From Nonlabens ponticola (lineage in GTDB: Bacteria > Bacteroidota > Bacteroidia > Flavobacteriales > Flavobacteriaceae): DNA of 32,000 nucleotides. Below are positions 1-9,056 of this stretch, in pieces. The stretch covers positions 1,380,001 to 1,412,000 of the forward strand of contig NZ_CP034549.1 of assembly GCF_003966335.1 (NCBI RefSeq). Direction: 5' to 3'. The position numbers and the translations under genes are program-made. Numbering within the stretch: the stretch's first letter is position 1; each line of letters opens with the position of its first letter. The notes below the pieces were generated by a model. It saw nothing but the letters and a program-made list of their open reading frames with translations, was not told the DNA's origin and did no database searches.

Positions 1-1442
1 TTGTTCTCAAAATGAGATTTTTTCTCGTCTAGGAAATTCCAATACAGCGAATTGAAAGGACACGCGCCGTCCTCGCCACCTTTTTTGCTCACGCTATACT
101 CGCAGTTCTTGCAGTAGTTGCTCATTTTATTGATGTAGCTACCGCTAGATACATAGGGCTTGGTAGCGATGATACCGCCGTCTGCAAATTGAGACATGCC
201 GCGCACGTTGGTAATCTCTACCCATTCTACAGCATCGATATAAACACCTAGATACCACTCGTCTACATAACTAGGTTCCGTCATCGTTAGTAGTGCATAA
301 TTTCCTGTGATCATTAATCGCTGTATGTGGTGCGCATAGGCATTATCCAGTGAATTATTGATCGACTCGCTCAGGCATTTCATTTTGGTCTCGCCAGTCC
401 AATAGAAATCTGGCAAGTCGTTCTTGTTATCCAGCTCGTTTTTAGATTGATAATCTGGCATTTCCTTCCAGTAGATACCACGCATGAATTCACGCCAGCC
501 TAGAATTTGTCTTACAAAACCTTCAACCTGTGAGATCTCTATATCCTTACTATCACGATAAGCCTCGATGACTTTCTCAATCACTTCTTTTGGGCTTAGA
601 AGCTTGCTGTTCATGGTAAAACTTAAACGTGAGTGGTACAGATATTCTTCCTCAGTATGCATGGCATCTTGATAGTCGCCAAAATGCACCAGCAAATTCT
701 CACAGAAATAATTGAGTACATCAAGCGCGTCGCTGCGCGTTACTGGCCAGTTGAAATTCTTTTCGTCAATACGGCCAAAAGTCTTCACACCTTCATCTTC
801 TAGCAACTTTACAATGTCACTCACATCCTTCCGGAACCCTTTCTCATGAGGGATTTCTGTATCATGTTCCCACTTTTGCCTGTTGCTCTTGTCATAGTTC
901 CAGTCGCCACCTTCAGGTTCTTTGTCGCCTTCTATAAGTATATCGTGCTTCTTGCGCATATCACGGTAGAAATATTCCATCGTCATGCGCTTCTTGCCTT
1001 CAAAAAATTTCTCTACGTCTTTCCTTTTGGTATAAAAATGCTCTGTATCATAGCCTTCCCATTCTATATCGAGCGAGTCGCATATATCCTTGAGCTGTTT
1101 GTCCAGTCGCCACTCATCGGGAGCGAGGTATTCAAACTTTTCTATATCATGTTCTTTGATCAAGTTCTTAATGTTTTTCTCAAGATCTTGCTCATTGTCC
1201 TTATGGTCTAGCTCATAATAAACGGTTTCCCAGCCACGGTCATTCATCCATTCATTGAAACCACGCATGGCAAGAAAAAACGCACAAACCTTTTGAATAT
1301 GGTGCTTGACATAGTCCGTTTCCTGGCGCATCTCTGCCATGTGGTAAATAATGTGCTCTTGATCGCCATTAAACCAGCTGTGTTTGTGGTTGAGTTGATC
1401 ACCCAGTATAAATCGCAGTGTTTTTGGTTTGCTATCGCTCAT
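1..1442 (-). CDS. FeS-cluster cryptochrome/photolyase family protein (FeS-BCP, PhrB/CryB-like (6-4) photolyase, COG3046-type). The 3' end is cut by the window edge.
   Basis: Absent from the ORF track because no stop lies in the window. Hand translation of the minus strand from the ATG at 1442-1440 gives MSDSKPKTLRFILGDQLNHKHSWFNGDQEHIIYHMAEMRQETDYVKHHIQKVCAFFLAMRGF. The same frame at 125-3 reads MSNYCKNCEYSVSKKGGEDGACPFNSLYWNFLDEKKSHFENN, the C-terminal Cys cluster typical of the 4Fe-4S photolyase-related family. Frame continuity was checked (1442-125 = 1317 = 3 x 439). Confidence 0.8.
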   Translation of the reverse strand, partial: MSDSKPKTLRFILGDQLNHKHSWFNGDQEHIIYHMAEMRQETDYVKHHIQKVCAFFLAMRGFNEWMNDRGWETVYYELDHKDNEQDLEKNIKNLIKEHDIEKFEYLAPDEWRLDKQLKDICDSLDIEWEGYDTEHFYTKRKDVEKFFEGKKRMTMEYFYRDMRKKHDILIEGDKEPEGGDWNYDKSNRQKWEHDTEIPHEKGFRKDVSDIVKLLEDEGVKTFGRIDEKNFNWPVTRSDALDVLNYFCENLLVHFGDYQDAMHTEEEYLYHSRLSFTMNSKLLSPKEVIEKVIEAYRDSKDIEISQVEGFVRQILGWREFMRGIYWKEMPDYQSKNELDNKNDLPDFYWTGETKMKCLSESINNSLDNAYAHHIQRLMITGNYALLTMTEPSYVDEWYLGVYIDAVEWVEITNVRGMSQFADGGIIATKPYVSSGSYINKMSNYCKNCEYSVSKKGGEDGACPFNSLYWNFLDEKKSHFEN

Positions 1443-1603
1443 AATTTTGGAAAGTAGAGTGTTTTTGGCTTTTTAAAGTCAGTAAATTACTACGTGACTG
1501 TTTTGATTTGCGTTAAGGCTTTCACAGAATTTGTTGAACCACGTGCAGTAAGAAATATGACTATTCCTGCATATTTTATGAGTAAAGTAGTTTTCATGAT
1601 TAC

Positions 1604-1637
1604 GCTTTCCTGCCTGCCGGCAGGCAGGCGCGAAAGC
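1604..1637. repeat. Interrupted copy of the GCTTTCGCGAAAGC palindrome carrying a nested 20-bp perfect palindrome (CCTGCCTGCCGGCAGGCAGG, 1609-1628)
   Basis: The plus strand reads GCTTT[CCTGCCTGCCGGCAGGCAGG]CGCGAAAGC. Removing the 20-mer restores the exact 14-mer. On the reverse complement the flank reads GCGTAATCA, as in the copy at 25691. It lies 8 nt downstream of the cry-DASH stop codon. Confidence 0.9.
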
Positions 1638-1644
1638 AAAATTA

Positions 1645-2970
1645 TTACTCACTTAACCACAAGTCACGATATTCATGGTCGCCATCATAGCGATCTGCCT
1701 GCGATTGAATGTTGAAGGTGCGATTTCTAGGATCGTTGCCCACGCCGCTGTTGTACATCCAGTTACCGTAGTTGCTGTGTACGTCATAGTCAATGAGAAT
1801 GTGTTCAAAATAGGCAGCGCCTATACGCCAATCCTGCTCGCGATGCATAGACCAATAGCTGGCTACATTTTGACGGCCACGGTTACTCATGAATCCAGTG
1901 GCGGCGATCTCCTTCATGTTTGCATTGACAAAATTCTCATGCGTCTCGCCTTGCATCCATTTCTTGAGTTCTTTATCGTTAGCCTTCCAATCATAATCTT
2001 TTTGTAGAATACCACCTATGTCAAAGATCTTCTCGCGATGTTTAAGTGATACATATTTGAAAAAATCTCGCCAGATTAATTCAAAAACCAACCAATACGT
2101 ATCCTGATTTTTCTTGATCTCTTTCTCAAACTTTTTCACCTCATGATAGATCTCACGAGGGCTAATGCTACCTACTGCCAACCATGCGCTGAATTTGCTG
2201 CTGTAATCAGTTCCTACGAGTCCGTTTCTGGTTTTTTTGTAGCTTTTGAGTTGTTCTGTTTTCCAGAAATAATGCTGCAGTCGATTCCATGCCGTCTTGC
2301 TGCCGCCTTTCCATGGAAAAGCCGTGCGTTCATCTTTCTCAAAAGTCTCTAATCCTAAATCTTCTAGAGTTGGTAAGTCAGTGTTCTCAACATCGATCGC
2401 TTCTTGAGAATAATTATCAATCTCAATAAGATCGCGCACGCTGGATTCTTTTTCTAGTTTCTTGCGCAGCTCGGTAAATACCTTAGGGATTTTATCAAAA
2501 CTATCAAACGGTATATCGTCAGGATGATATAAAAACTGATCGTAGAATCTGTGACCTTTTACTTGGTCTTTCAGTCCTTTTTCTTCCAACGCTTGGCCCA
2601 GCTCTTCTTCCTGCTCTATTTCATCACGCGTCCATTCCTTTTGCAGGTAAATGTTCTTGATATCATGTTTTTCAATCAATGATGGTATGACAGCAGCTGG
2701 CTTGTCATGAAATACCAATAACGGGATATTTATCTCATCCAATTGCCTGCGCAAATCCTCGACGGATTCTATTATGAATTGTGCGCGATATTTACCAGTA
2801 CGGCTAAAAGGTAACTCTATATCCACGTTAAGATTGAAATCACTTTCTTTGTAGAATCGAGGGTCAAAAAAATACACGCCTATCACACTACCTTCTGCAT
2901 CACAGGCAGCCTTAAGACTTACTTGATCTTGTGTTCTTAAATCATTTCTAAACCAGACTAAACTTGCCAT
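1645..2970 (-). CDS. DASH-family cryptochrome (photolyase/cryptochrome family, FAD-binding)
   Basis: 441-aa ORF. The N-terminus MASLVWFRNDLRTQDQ and the C-terminal FAD-binding region (FMSNRGRQNVASYW, GNWMYNSGVGNDPR) are characteristic of Cry-DASH/photolyase proteins. It sits in a cluster with another photolyase-family gene. Confidence 0.85.
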   Translation of the reverse strand: MASLVWFRNDLRTQDQVSLKAACDAEGSVIGVYFFDPRFYKESDFNLNVDIELPFSRTGKYRAQFIIESVEDLRRQLDEINIPLLVFHDKPAAVIPSLIEKHDIKNIYLQKEWTRDEIEQEEELGQALEEKGLKDQVKGHRFYDQFLYHPDDIPFDSFDKIPKVFTELRKKLEKESSVRDLIEIDNYSQEAIDVENTDLPTLEDLGLETFEKDERTAFPWKGGSKTAWNRLQHYFWKTEQLKSYKKTRNGLVGTDYSSKFSAWLAVGSISPREIYHEVKKFEKEIKKNQDTYWLVFELIWRDFFKYVSLKHREKIFDIGGILQKDYDWKANDKELKKWMQGETHENFVNANMKEIAATGFMSNRGRQNVASYWSMHREQDWRIGAAYFEHILIDYDVHSNYGNWMYNSGVGNDPRNRTFNIQSQADRYDGDHEYRDLWLSE

Positions 2971-2982
2971 TTTCTCTTCATA

Positions 2983-3126
2983 TTATTTATTAGAACTGCA
3001 TTTTTTACTACAGTAGATCACGCTTTCCCAATTCTTTTCCCACTTCTTGCGCCAGGTAAACTCTCGTTCACAAACGGGACAAACTTTAGTAGGTAGATTA
3101 TGCGGATTGCGTGCTTTTTGTTTCAT
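2983..3126 (-). CDS. DUF2256-like small zinc-ribbon protein (47 aa)
   Basis: Below the ORF-track size cutoff. Hand translation gives [47 protein letters not shown], with a CxxC...CxxxC pattern and the WRKKW motif typical of DUF2256. Its ATG overlaps the upstream stop by 1 nt (ATGA at 3126). This family is commonly found beside photolyase genes. Confidence 0.75.
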   Translation of the reverse strand: MKQKARNPHNLPTKVCPVCEREFTWRKKWEKNWESVIYCSKKCSSNK

Positions 3127-3773
3127 CATTTTTTGATCTCTATTTCCTCAAGCTTTTGATCAACCTTAGCATAACTCAATCGCTTTTCTACAGTAGCAGT
3201 TGCATAAGCGTCCAGTCCATTGATAGTTACTGTTCCTGCCTTATCAAGATTGACCCAACCATCATCCGTCTGGATTTCTGGAGCTAGAAAAATGTCTGTG
3301 ATTCTGCAAATGACCAGCCGACAATCGTTTTCTTTAAGATAGTACTCGTTTTCATAGGTCGCTGCTACTTGTACATGAGCATATTTCACGAAAGGGGCTT
3401 TGAACCCATCACGCTTAAATCTTTCTATTCCTAGCAAATCAAATTCTGATAGTTTAGGATCATACTTGGCACTGCTTTGATGCGCTGCATCTACCAGATC
3501 CATGTTAATGTGATTAAGTGTTATAGAATTGGTTGCCTTTAAGTTCTCATAAGTGTGACCAGCGCCATGACCCAATGGTCTTTGTATGTATCCAAACAAT
3601 GCTGGATCACTTCCTAGATGGGTTACACTGCTAAAAATCGCCACGTTGTCAACGCCATCTTCTGATCTTGTGGCTAATAAATTGGCACTCTTGAATCCGG
3701 TTATACTATTGATAAGATGACCACGATAGTGGCGCTCCATTTTTTTTATTTCGTATAGGCTGTAGTGTTTCAT
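3126..3773 (-). CDS. Flavin reductase-like (FMN-binding split-barrel) family protein
   Basis: 215-aa ORF. The N-terminal region [49 protein letters not shown] resembles flavin reductase-like domain proteins. It is the first gene of the tight minus-strand photolyase cluster. Confidence 0.6.
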   Translation of the reverse strand: MKHYSLYEIKKMERHYRGHLINSITGFKSANLLATRSEDGVDNVAIFSSVTHLGSDPALFGYIQRPLGHGAGHTYENLKATNSITLNHINMDLVDAAHQSSAKYDPKLSEFDLLGIERFKRDGFKAPFVKYAHVQVAATYENEYYLKENDCRLVICRITDIFLAPEIQTDDGWVNLDKAGTVTINGLDAYATATVEKRLSYAKVDQKLEEIEIKK

Positions 3774-3786
3774 AATGCTATAATCT

Positions 3787-3794
3787 CAAAAGTA
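3787..3794 (-). promoter_or_regulatory. Candidate Bacteroidetes -7 promoter box (TACTTTTG)
   Basis: The minus strand reads TACTTTTG, matching the established TAnnTTTG consensus, 13 nt upstream of the ATG at 3773. No convincing -33 TTTG was seen. Confidence 0.3.
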
Positions 3795-3835
3795 GGTTTA
3801 ATCAATCCTTGAATAGGTTAAACAAAAATCAAAAC

Positions 3836-3869
3836 ATAAAAAAAGGCCGTTCCGTTAGGAACAGCCTTT
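3836..3869 (-). terminator. Rho-independent terminator of the S8 peptidase gene
   Basis: Minus-strand RNA: AAAGGCUGUUCC-UAAC-GGAACGGCCUUU followed by a U-run. The stem is 12 bp including one G-U pair, and it starts about 20 nt after the stop at 3891. Confidence 0.75.
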
Positions 3870-3890
3870 CTTGCTGGTAAGCTAGAAGCC

Positions 3891-6800
3891 CTACTTAATA
3901 ATGAATCGCTCTACGAGCGTTTCTTTTTTAGTCTCAATTTGTAGCATGTAAACACCTACGGCAAGATTACTCACGTTAATCGCTTGAGTGGTTTCACCTT
4001 GTAGTACCTGCTGTCCTTGCATGTTAAGCACACTATACTTGATGTTTTCAAGACTTGTCACTTTCACATTTAAGGTTCCGTTTTCAACTGGATTGGGATA
4101 AATCGAGAATAATGGCGCATCGTCTATTGGTGACTTATTCACCGCATATTGATAATCATTATTAGTAGCATTACCTAAACAGAAAGATTTTACATCTGTT
4201 CTAGTAAATGATCCACCTGATGCAAGTACAGCACCATTTGAACTGTTAGTCAATGCATAACTACCATTACCGTATTGGCAACAAATACCATCGCCGTAGG
4301 CATCAGTAAAAGTCAACGTATAACAATCCTCTGGCAACGTCAATGGAATGTTTACGGTAGAGCCGTCTGCTTGAGATGCATACGTTCCACCAGAGGCAAC
4401 TGTTGCGCCCGAACTATTAACTAACGTCCAGCTTGTCTCTTCTGGGTAGTTGTCAAAAGTAATTCTCAAGTTAGCTGCTACGGGTTGTGCTGCTGCACCA
4501 TCGGTGAGTTTCACATCATCGATAGCCATATCACCTTGCCATGTAGTTCCTGTAGTACCATTAAATCTCAATCTTACTGTTCCTGCACTATATGCTGATA
4601 AGTCAACGCTGGCATCTCTCCAGGCGTTACCTTGATTACCAGACTTGCTCCATACGGTTGACCAGCTCGCTCCATCATCTTCAGATGCTTGTAGCAATAG
4701 ACCACCCATATTGGTAGCACCATACATATGATACTTGAAGGTAAGTGTAGCATCACTTACTCCAGCAAGATCAAAACATGGCGAGTTTAATATTGCGGTT
4801 TTGGTGCTGTAGTTAGGTGCCGATGATTCCATGTAAACATAGTTAGAACCTTCGCTTGCGCTTGATGGTCCAGTTGCATTAGACGGCGTGCCACCGCTTC
4901 TACGAGTCCAGTTAAAATCATCGCCAGTCCCTTGAGTCCAGCCACCTAAACCAGATTCAAAACCTTCTGCATAAGGTGTTCCAGCTGTAGCCACACATCC
5001 AGCAGACGCCTCTGGCTCTGTAGTAAAGCTCACTGCCGCACTTTGATTACTGATGTTTCCAGCAGCATCTTTAGCTGCCACTCTAACTGAATAGTTTGTT
5101 CCAGCGGTCAATCCAGTCAAGTTTGCAGTTGTTCCTGCAAGAGAGCCTAGTAATGCACCATTTGAATACACATCATATTCTGTCACGCCAACATTATCTG
5201 TAGAAGCATTCCAGTTTAAGGATGCTGTAGTTTGTGTGATCGCGCTTACTACCACATTTGCTGGCACGCTAGGCGCCGTTTGATCAACTGGTGTAACATT
5301 TACTACATTAGAAGCATTGGACTTGTTTCCAGCTGCATCAACAGCTACAATACTAAAGCTGTAGGTCGTCCCAATAAATAATCCATTTACTACTTGACTT
5401 GTGTTAGTTGTTGTAGTAAGTAGATTAGAACCATTATAAACTTCATAGCCAGTCACGCCTACATTATCACTTGATGCATTCCAGACCAGAGTTGCAGAGG
5501 TCTCACTCACGTTATTTGCAACAAGTGAGCCTGGCGCTGTCGGTGCTGTTGTATCAGCGACAACGCTTCCTACATTCACCGTGTAATCTTCTACCTCGCC
5601 ATAGTCAAATGTTTCACAAGCTGTTGGCAACGCATTATATTTCATAGAAACTCTCAGGCGAGTTGCGCCACTCGCAGCACCACTCGGAACTGTAAATGAT
5701 CCAGAAATCAGTACATTTTGCGATGGTGCAGCAGTGAAGACTTGCTCACCAGCATCGTTGAAATCGCCATCTTGATTGTAATCAATCCACATTGCATAAG
5801 CCTCATTATACTTAGTTCCAGTCCATGTAGGCGTTATTTCTAAGGTGTATGAATCGCCAACTGCTAGGTCTGTGCTTGAGGCTGTAAAGTTGCTATAACC
5901 AGCTGCATTGCCCGTACTTGATTTATTGATCGCATTTAATTTGAAATTGCTGATGTACTCATCTGCCACGCTATTTCCTTTAGACGCACAGTACTGAACA
6001 CTGGTCGTAGAGAAATTGATTGTCGAGCTGTATGCACTTTGAGAACCGTCAGCACATACGCTTCTCACCTGAACTTGATAAGCTGTATTTGCAGTAAGTC
6101 CAGTAAGGTTTGCAGTCGCATTGTTAACTTGTTGTGTCGTCCATGCAGTTGTTCCGCTTTCGCGAAAGCGTACAACATAAGAAGCACTAGGAATTGCAGT
6201 CCATCCTATGGTGGCATCTTTGTCGCTTGCGCCGTTCAATTGAACGTTAGCCGGCACTGAAGCTACACATGGCTGTGCCTGTGCTGCGATTCCTGTAACG
6301 ATCAATGAATAATTCTGAGAACCGCCGGTAAGCGTTCCTTTATGGGTAACTCTTATGGTATAGGTCCCAGAGGCATTTGCTACAGTAATGCGCTCATAAG
6401 GATCTCTTGAATTGTCACCTAGTCCATTGGTATTAACCCCAGTCAATCTCCAAGGTAAAAACGTTGAGCCATTTTTAGAGACACGCACGTCAAGGTCATT
6501 GACAAGTCTAGCTGTGTTGCTATTTGTTGCTGTAGTTGCAACTCCAGCACGGTCAGTCCAAGAGATAGAAGCCATTAAGTCATTGATGCCATCAGAGTTC
6601 ACGGTAATCTCATATGTCTCACCAGCACTTAAAGTAAGTTCAGAAATTTGAGAAGCAGTTCCTTCATTGGTGATAACTTCTGCAGCCTTTTTAGTATTCA
6701 TTAAACCCCAACCGTAAATTGGATCTGGACCTACCATTCCAGCATCATCTGCCGTGTGTAGTGCAAGACCTTTTACCGTCGCAGCTCTCATGTATGAACC

Positions 6801-7913
6801 TGCTGTCTCATTGTGCAGCTGTTGTAACAATAGGAGTGAACCCATCACATTAGGTGACGCCATGGACGTTCCTGTGATTGAGTTGTAAGCTGTGTCGCTA
6901 GTTTCATAGGTAGAAAATACCTGTGTACCGTTACCAGTAATGTCTGGCTTAATTCTCAAATCATCAGTAGGACCTTCACTACTACTAGAGTTTATGGTCA
7001 CACTTCCTAAAGATCCGTCGCTGTTGATGACTGCGTCGTTTGCATTTGCTACTACCATGTTATTCTTTGCAGTTGCCGCGCCAGATAGTTTGTCATAAGC
7101 AGAATTGCCACCTAGTGGTGCACCATTGTAAGTATTCTGGTTACCATCGTTACCAGCGGCTTTTACCATTAAGAAATAAGGTGCATTGAACATCAACTCA
7201 TCCCAATCCCTAGAATCTGTGATGTAGGCGCCAAAATAATAGTCCGGCAATTGATCACCTCTATAACCATAAGAGTGGTTGGACAATAACATACCGTTGG
7301 CAGCTTGTGCGGCAACCTCGGCAGTATCATTGTTCCAGTCATGACCTACAGCTTTAGCCTGTGGTGCCATACCTTTTGCATTGGCATTTGCTCCATAAGC
7401 GATCACGGTACCTGTAACGTGGGCTGCGTGAAAGTTGAGTGTGGTAGAATTATCACCTATGGTAAAACGATTGTTACCACCAGGTCCATCATATTCCTGG
7501 TGCGTGCCGCGAGCCAGACCACCATCCCAAATGTAACCAGTCATATTTTGACCTTCTACATTAAGTCCTAATCCACCATTGTTGTGCAGGAAATTAGCGC
7601 GGGTAGATTTTGCAGCTGCTACATTATAGGTAGTGTAGTAAATAAGCGTACCGTCTGGATCAATGCGCTGCAATTCTTGATAGGATCCATCACTGGATTT
7701 TTGAATCATCGGGATATTCCCAGCGATGGCAGCAGCTCTCACAGCAGCTTTTTCAATTTTTTCTTTGGCCTCAAATTTTTGAGACAACTGTTGCAGATTG
7801 CTCACATCCATTCTGGATTTGATCTGCGCACGATCCTGCTCGGTTTGAGCAAATGAGATCGAGGTCATTACCGTCATAAGGGAAACGGATAACCAGGTAG
7901 TTTTTAAATTCAT
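3891..7913 (-). CDS. Secreted multidomain S8 (subtilisin/kexin-like) serine peptidase with a T9SS C-terminal sorting domain
   Basis: 1340 aa with a signal peptide (MNLKTTWLSVSLMTVMTSISFAQ). The S8 catalytic triad contexts are present: IWDGGLARGTHQE (D), HAAHVTGTV (H) and GTSMASPNVMGS (S). Next come a P-domain-like segment (SISWTDRAG...LVNDLDVRV) and three FN3-like repeats (e.g. ATLVWNASSDNVGVTGYEVY and ASLNWNASTDNVGVTEYDVY). A GEVED motif (DYGEVEDYTV), a MAM-like domain (GFESGLGGWTQ...FNWTRRSG) and a Cys-rich DAYGDGICCQYGNGSY module follow. The C-terminus has a Por/T9SS CTD (FSIYPNPVENGTLNVKV...VYMLQIE...ERFIIK). Confidence 0.9.
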   Translation of the reverse strand: MNLKTTWLSVSLMTVMTSISFAQTEQDRAQIKSRMDVSNLQQLSQKFEAKEKIEKAAVRAAAIAGNIPMIQKSSDGSYQELQRIDPDGTLIYYTTYNVAAAKSTRANFLHNNGGLGLNVEGQNMTGYIWDGGLARGTHQEYDGPGGNNRFTIGDNSTTLNFHAAHVTGTVIAYGANANAKGMAPQAKAVGHDWNNDTAEVAAQAANGMLLSNHSYGYRGDQLPDYYFGAYITDSRDWDELMFNAPYFLMVKAAGNDGNQNTYNGAPLGGNSAYDKLSGAATAKNNMVVANANDAVINSDGSLGSVTINSSSSEGPTDDLRIKPDITGNGTQVFSTYETSDTAYNSITGTSMASPNVMGSLLLLQQLHNETAGSYMRAATVKGLALHTADDAGMVGPDPIYGWGLMNTKKAAEVITNEGTASQISELTLSAGETYEITVNSDGINDLMASISWTDRAGVATTATNSNTARLVNDLDVRVSKNGSTFLPWRLTGVNTNGLGDNSRDPYERITVANASGTYTIRVTHKGTLTGGSQNYSLIVTGIAAQAQPCVASVPANVQLNGASDKDATIGWTAIPSASYVVRFRESGTTAWTTQQVNNATANLTGLTANTAYQVQVRSVCADGSQSAYSSTINFSTTSVQYCASKGNSVADEYISNFKLNAINKSSTGNAAGYSNFTASSTDLAVGDSYTLEITPTWTGTKYNEAYAMWIDYNQDGDFNDAGEQVFTAAPSQNVLISGSFTVPSGAASGATRLRVSMKYNALPTACETFDYGEVEDYTVNVGSVVADTTAPTAPGSLVANNVSETSATLVWNASSDNVGVTGYEVYNGSNLLTTTTNTSQVVNGLFIGTTYSFSIVAVDAAGNKSNASNVVNVTPVDQTAPSVPANVVVSAITQTTASLNWNASTDNVGVTEYDVYSNGALLGSLAGTTANLTGLTAGTNYSVRVAAKDAAGNISNQSAAVSFTTEPEASAGCVATAGTPYAEGFESGLGGWTQGTGDDFNWTRRSGGTPSNATGPSSASEGSNYVYMESSAPNYSTKTAILNSPCFDLAGVSDATLTFKYHMYGATNMGGLLLQASEDDGASWSTVWSKSGNQGNAWRDASVDLSAYSAGTVRLRFNGTTGTTWQGDMAIDDVKLTDGAAAQPVAANLRITFDNYPEETSWTLVNSSGATVASGGTYASQADGSTVNIPLTLPEDCYTLTFTDAYGDGICCQYGNGSYALTNSSNGAVLASGGSFTRTDVKSFCLGNATNNDYQYAVNKSPIDDAPLFSIYPNPVENGTLNVKVTSLENIKYSVLNMQGQQVLQGETTQAINVSNLAVGVYMLQIETKKETLVERFIIK
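6156..6169. repeat. GCTTTCGCGAAAGC palindrome copy (16-bp palindrome CGCTTTCGCGAAAGCG at 6155-6170)
   Basis: Exact 14-mer inside the S8 peptidase CDS, translated as RFRES. The flank on the reverse complement is GGAACAAC. Confidence 0.95.
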
Positions 7914-8190
7914 TTGTTTGGGTTTTGATTAAAACAGGCTAGAAAGAAACCAAAATTTGTGTTAACCAACTAAGGATTTGTACAGAGTTATTACCAACTA
8001 ATTATCATTTGTATAAACACGTATTATTATCCATCTCATAAACAGTTAATTACATAAAATTGACAAATGTTAAAATTTTAACTGCAGCTAAACGATTTAT
8101 CATTTCACTCGGTTAAGTGCTTTAGTTTTGTTGTTTTAGCAAGTTTCTAGTCTCAAATAATGCTAGATCGATAATTTGATAGCCAAAATC

Positions 8191-9000
8191 ATGAAAGACC
8201 AAAACCCAGACGTCTTAAAAGCCATCGAGATCAACAGGCAAACCTGGAACGATAGGACAAATGCTCATTATAGCAGTGGCTTTTATGATAGTTCCGCTTT
8301 CGCGAAAGCAAAAAATTCATTGAACTCCTACGAGATAAATGCTTTAGGAAATGTTACCGGCAAGTCTGTGCTGCACCTGCAATGTCATTTTGGGCAAGAC
8401 AGTCTGAGTTGGGCGCATAAAGGTGCTACAGTCACAGGCGTAGACTTTTCAGAAACAGCAATCAACAAGGCGCGAGAACTAAGTGCTGAGTTGAAGATTC
8501 CAGCCAAATTTGTTTCATGCAATGTTTTTGATACAGCATCTCATATCGATAAGAAATTTGACATCGTTTTTACCAGCTATGGAGTGATAGGCTGGTTACC
8601 AGATTTAAAGCCATGGGCACAAATGATTGCCACCATGCTCAAACCTGGTGGTACCTTTTATATGGTAGAGTTTCACCCAATCGCATGGATGTTTGATTAC
8701 CTAGAAAAGCCAGCCGTCATGAAATATCCATACTCAAATAAAGAGGTCATCTATGAGGAATACTCTGGCAGCTATGCCTCGACTGAAAGTGATTTGAACA
8801 GTAAGGAATATACTTGGAATCATCCCCTAAGCGAAGTGATACAATCCTTGATCGATGCAGGTCTCACCATCGAGCTTTTTGCAGAGCATGACGGCAGTCC
8901 ATATAATGTATTCCCAGAAATGACAAAAAAAGGAGATTTATATTATTTAGAAAACCAATTGTACCCTACTATTTTTGAGATTAAAGCCACAAGATCCTAG
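8191..9000 (+). CDS. Class I SAM-dependent methyltransferase
   Basis: The ORF-track entry 8176-9000 begins at a TTG, and the first ATG (8191, MKDQNPDV) is preferred. The SAM-binding motif context is VLHLQCHFGQDSLSWAHKGATVTGVDFS, followed by DIVFTSYGV. Confidence 0.75.
   Translation: MKDQNPDVLKAIEINRQTWNDRTNAHYSSGFYDSSAFAKAKNSLNSYEINALGNVTGKSVLHLQCHFGQDSLSWAHKGATVTGVDFSETAINKARELSAELKIPAKFVSCNVFDTASHIDKKFDIVFTSYGVIGWLPDLKPWAQMIATMLKPGGTFYMVEFHPIAWMFDYLEKPAVMKYPYSNKEVIYEEYSGSYASTESDLNSKEYTWNHPLSEVIQSLIDAGLTIELFAEHDGSPYNVFPEMTKKGDLYYLENQLYPTIFEIKATRS
8296..8309. repeat. GCTTTCGCGAAAGC palindrome copy
   Basis: Exact 14-mer inside the methyltransferase CDS, translated SAFAKA. The reverse-complement flanks are TTTTT...GGAAC. 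Confidence 0.95.
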
Positions 9001-9056
9001 CAGGTTAAACCTATGCTAATTGACCTGTGCTTATCACGCTAGCAAGTTGACTTAGT

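Noticed and set aside
846-1211. Long antisense ORFs in the track: 846-1211, 1675-2007, 9372-9734, 12864-13304, 15868-16221, 17549-17941, 18148-18381, 19822-20292, 20434-20793 and 28528-28944, among others.
   Set aside because: Each lies entirely within, and opposite to, a CDS with strong family-level evidence (photolyase, GH3, TBDR, guaB, Hpt/cinA, ftsY, ABC-F). Their translated products are low-complexity or Ser/Leu-rich, as expected for antisense frames.
1490-1597. A 35-aa minus-strand ORF (MKTTLLIKYAGIVIFLTARGSTNSVKALTQIKTVT) in the cry-DASH/photolyase spacer, and the plus-strand track ORF 1494-1715.
   Set aside because: There is no family resemblance, no promoter motif, and no conservation evidence available. 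The plus-strand ORF overlaps the cry-DASH 3' end and reads through the palindromes. I kept them only as a note because the 202-bp spacer is otherwise unexplained.
3001-3030. A half-site resemblance to the dispersed palindrome (GAAAGCGTGATC on the minus strand) inside the DUF2256 gene.
   Set aside because: Only one arm plus part of the flank matches, and a 6-9-nt match is expected by chance. It was not counted as a copy.
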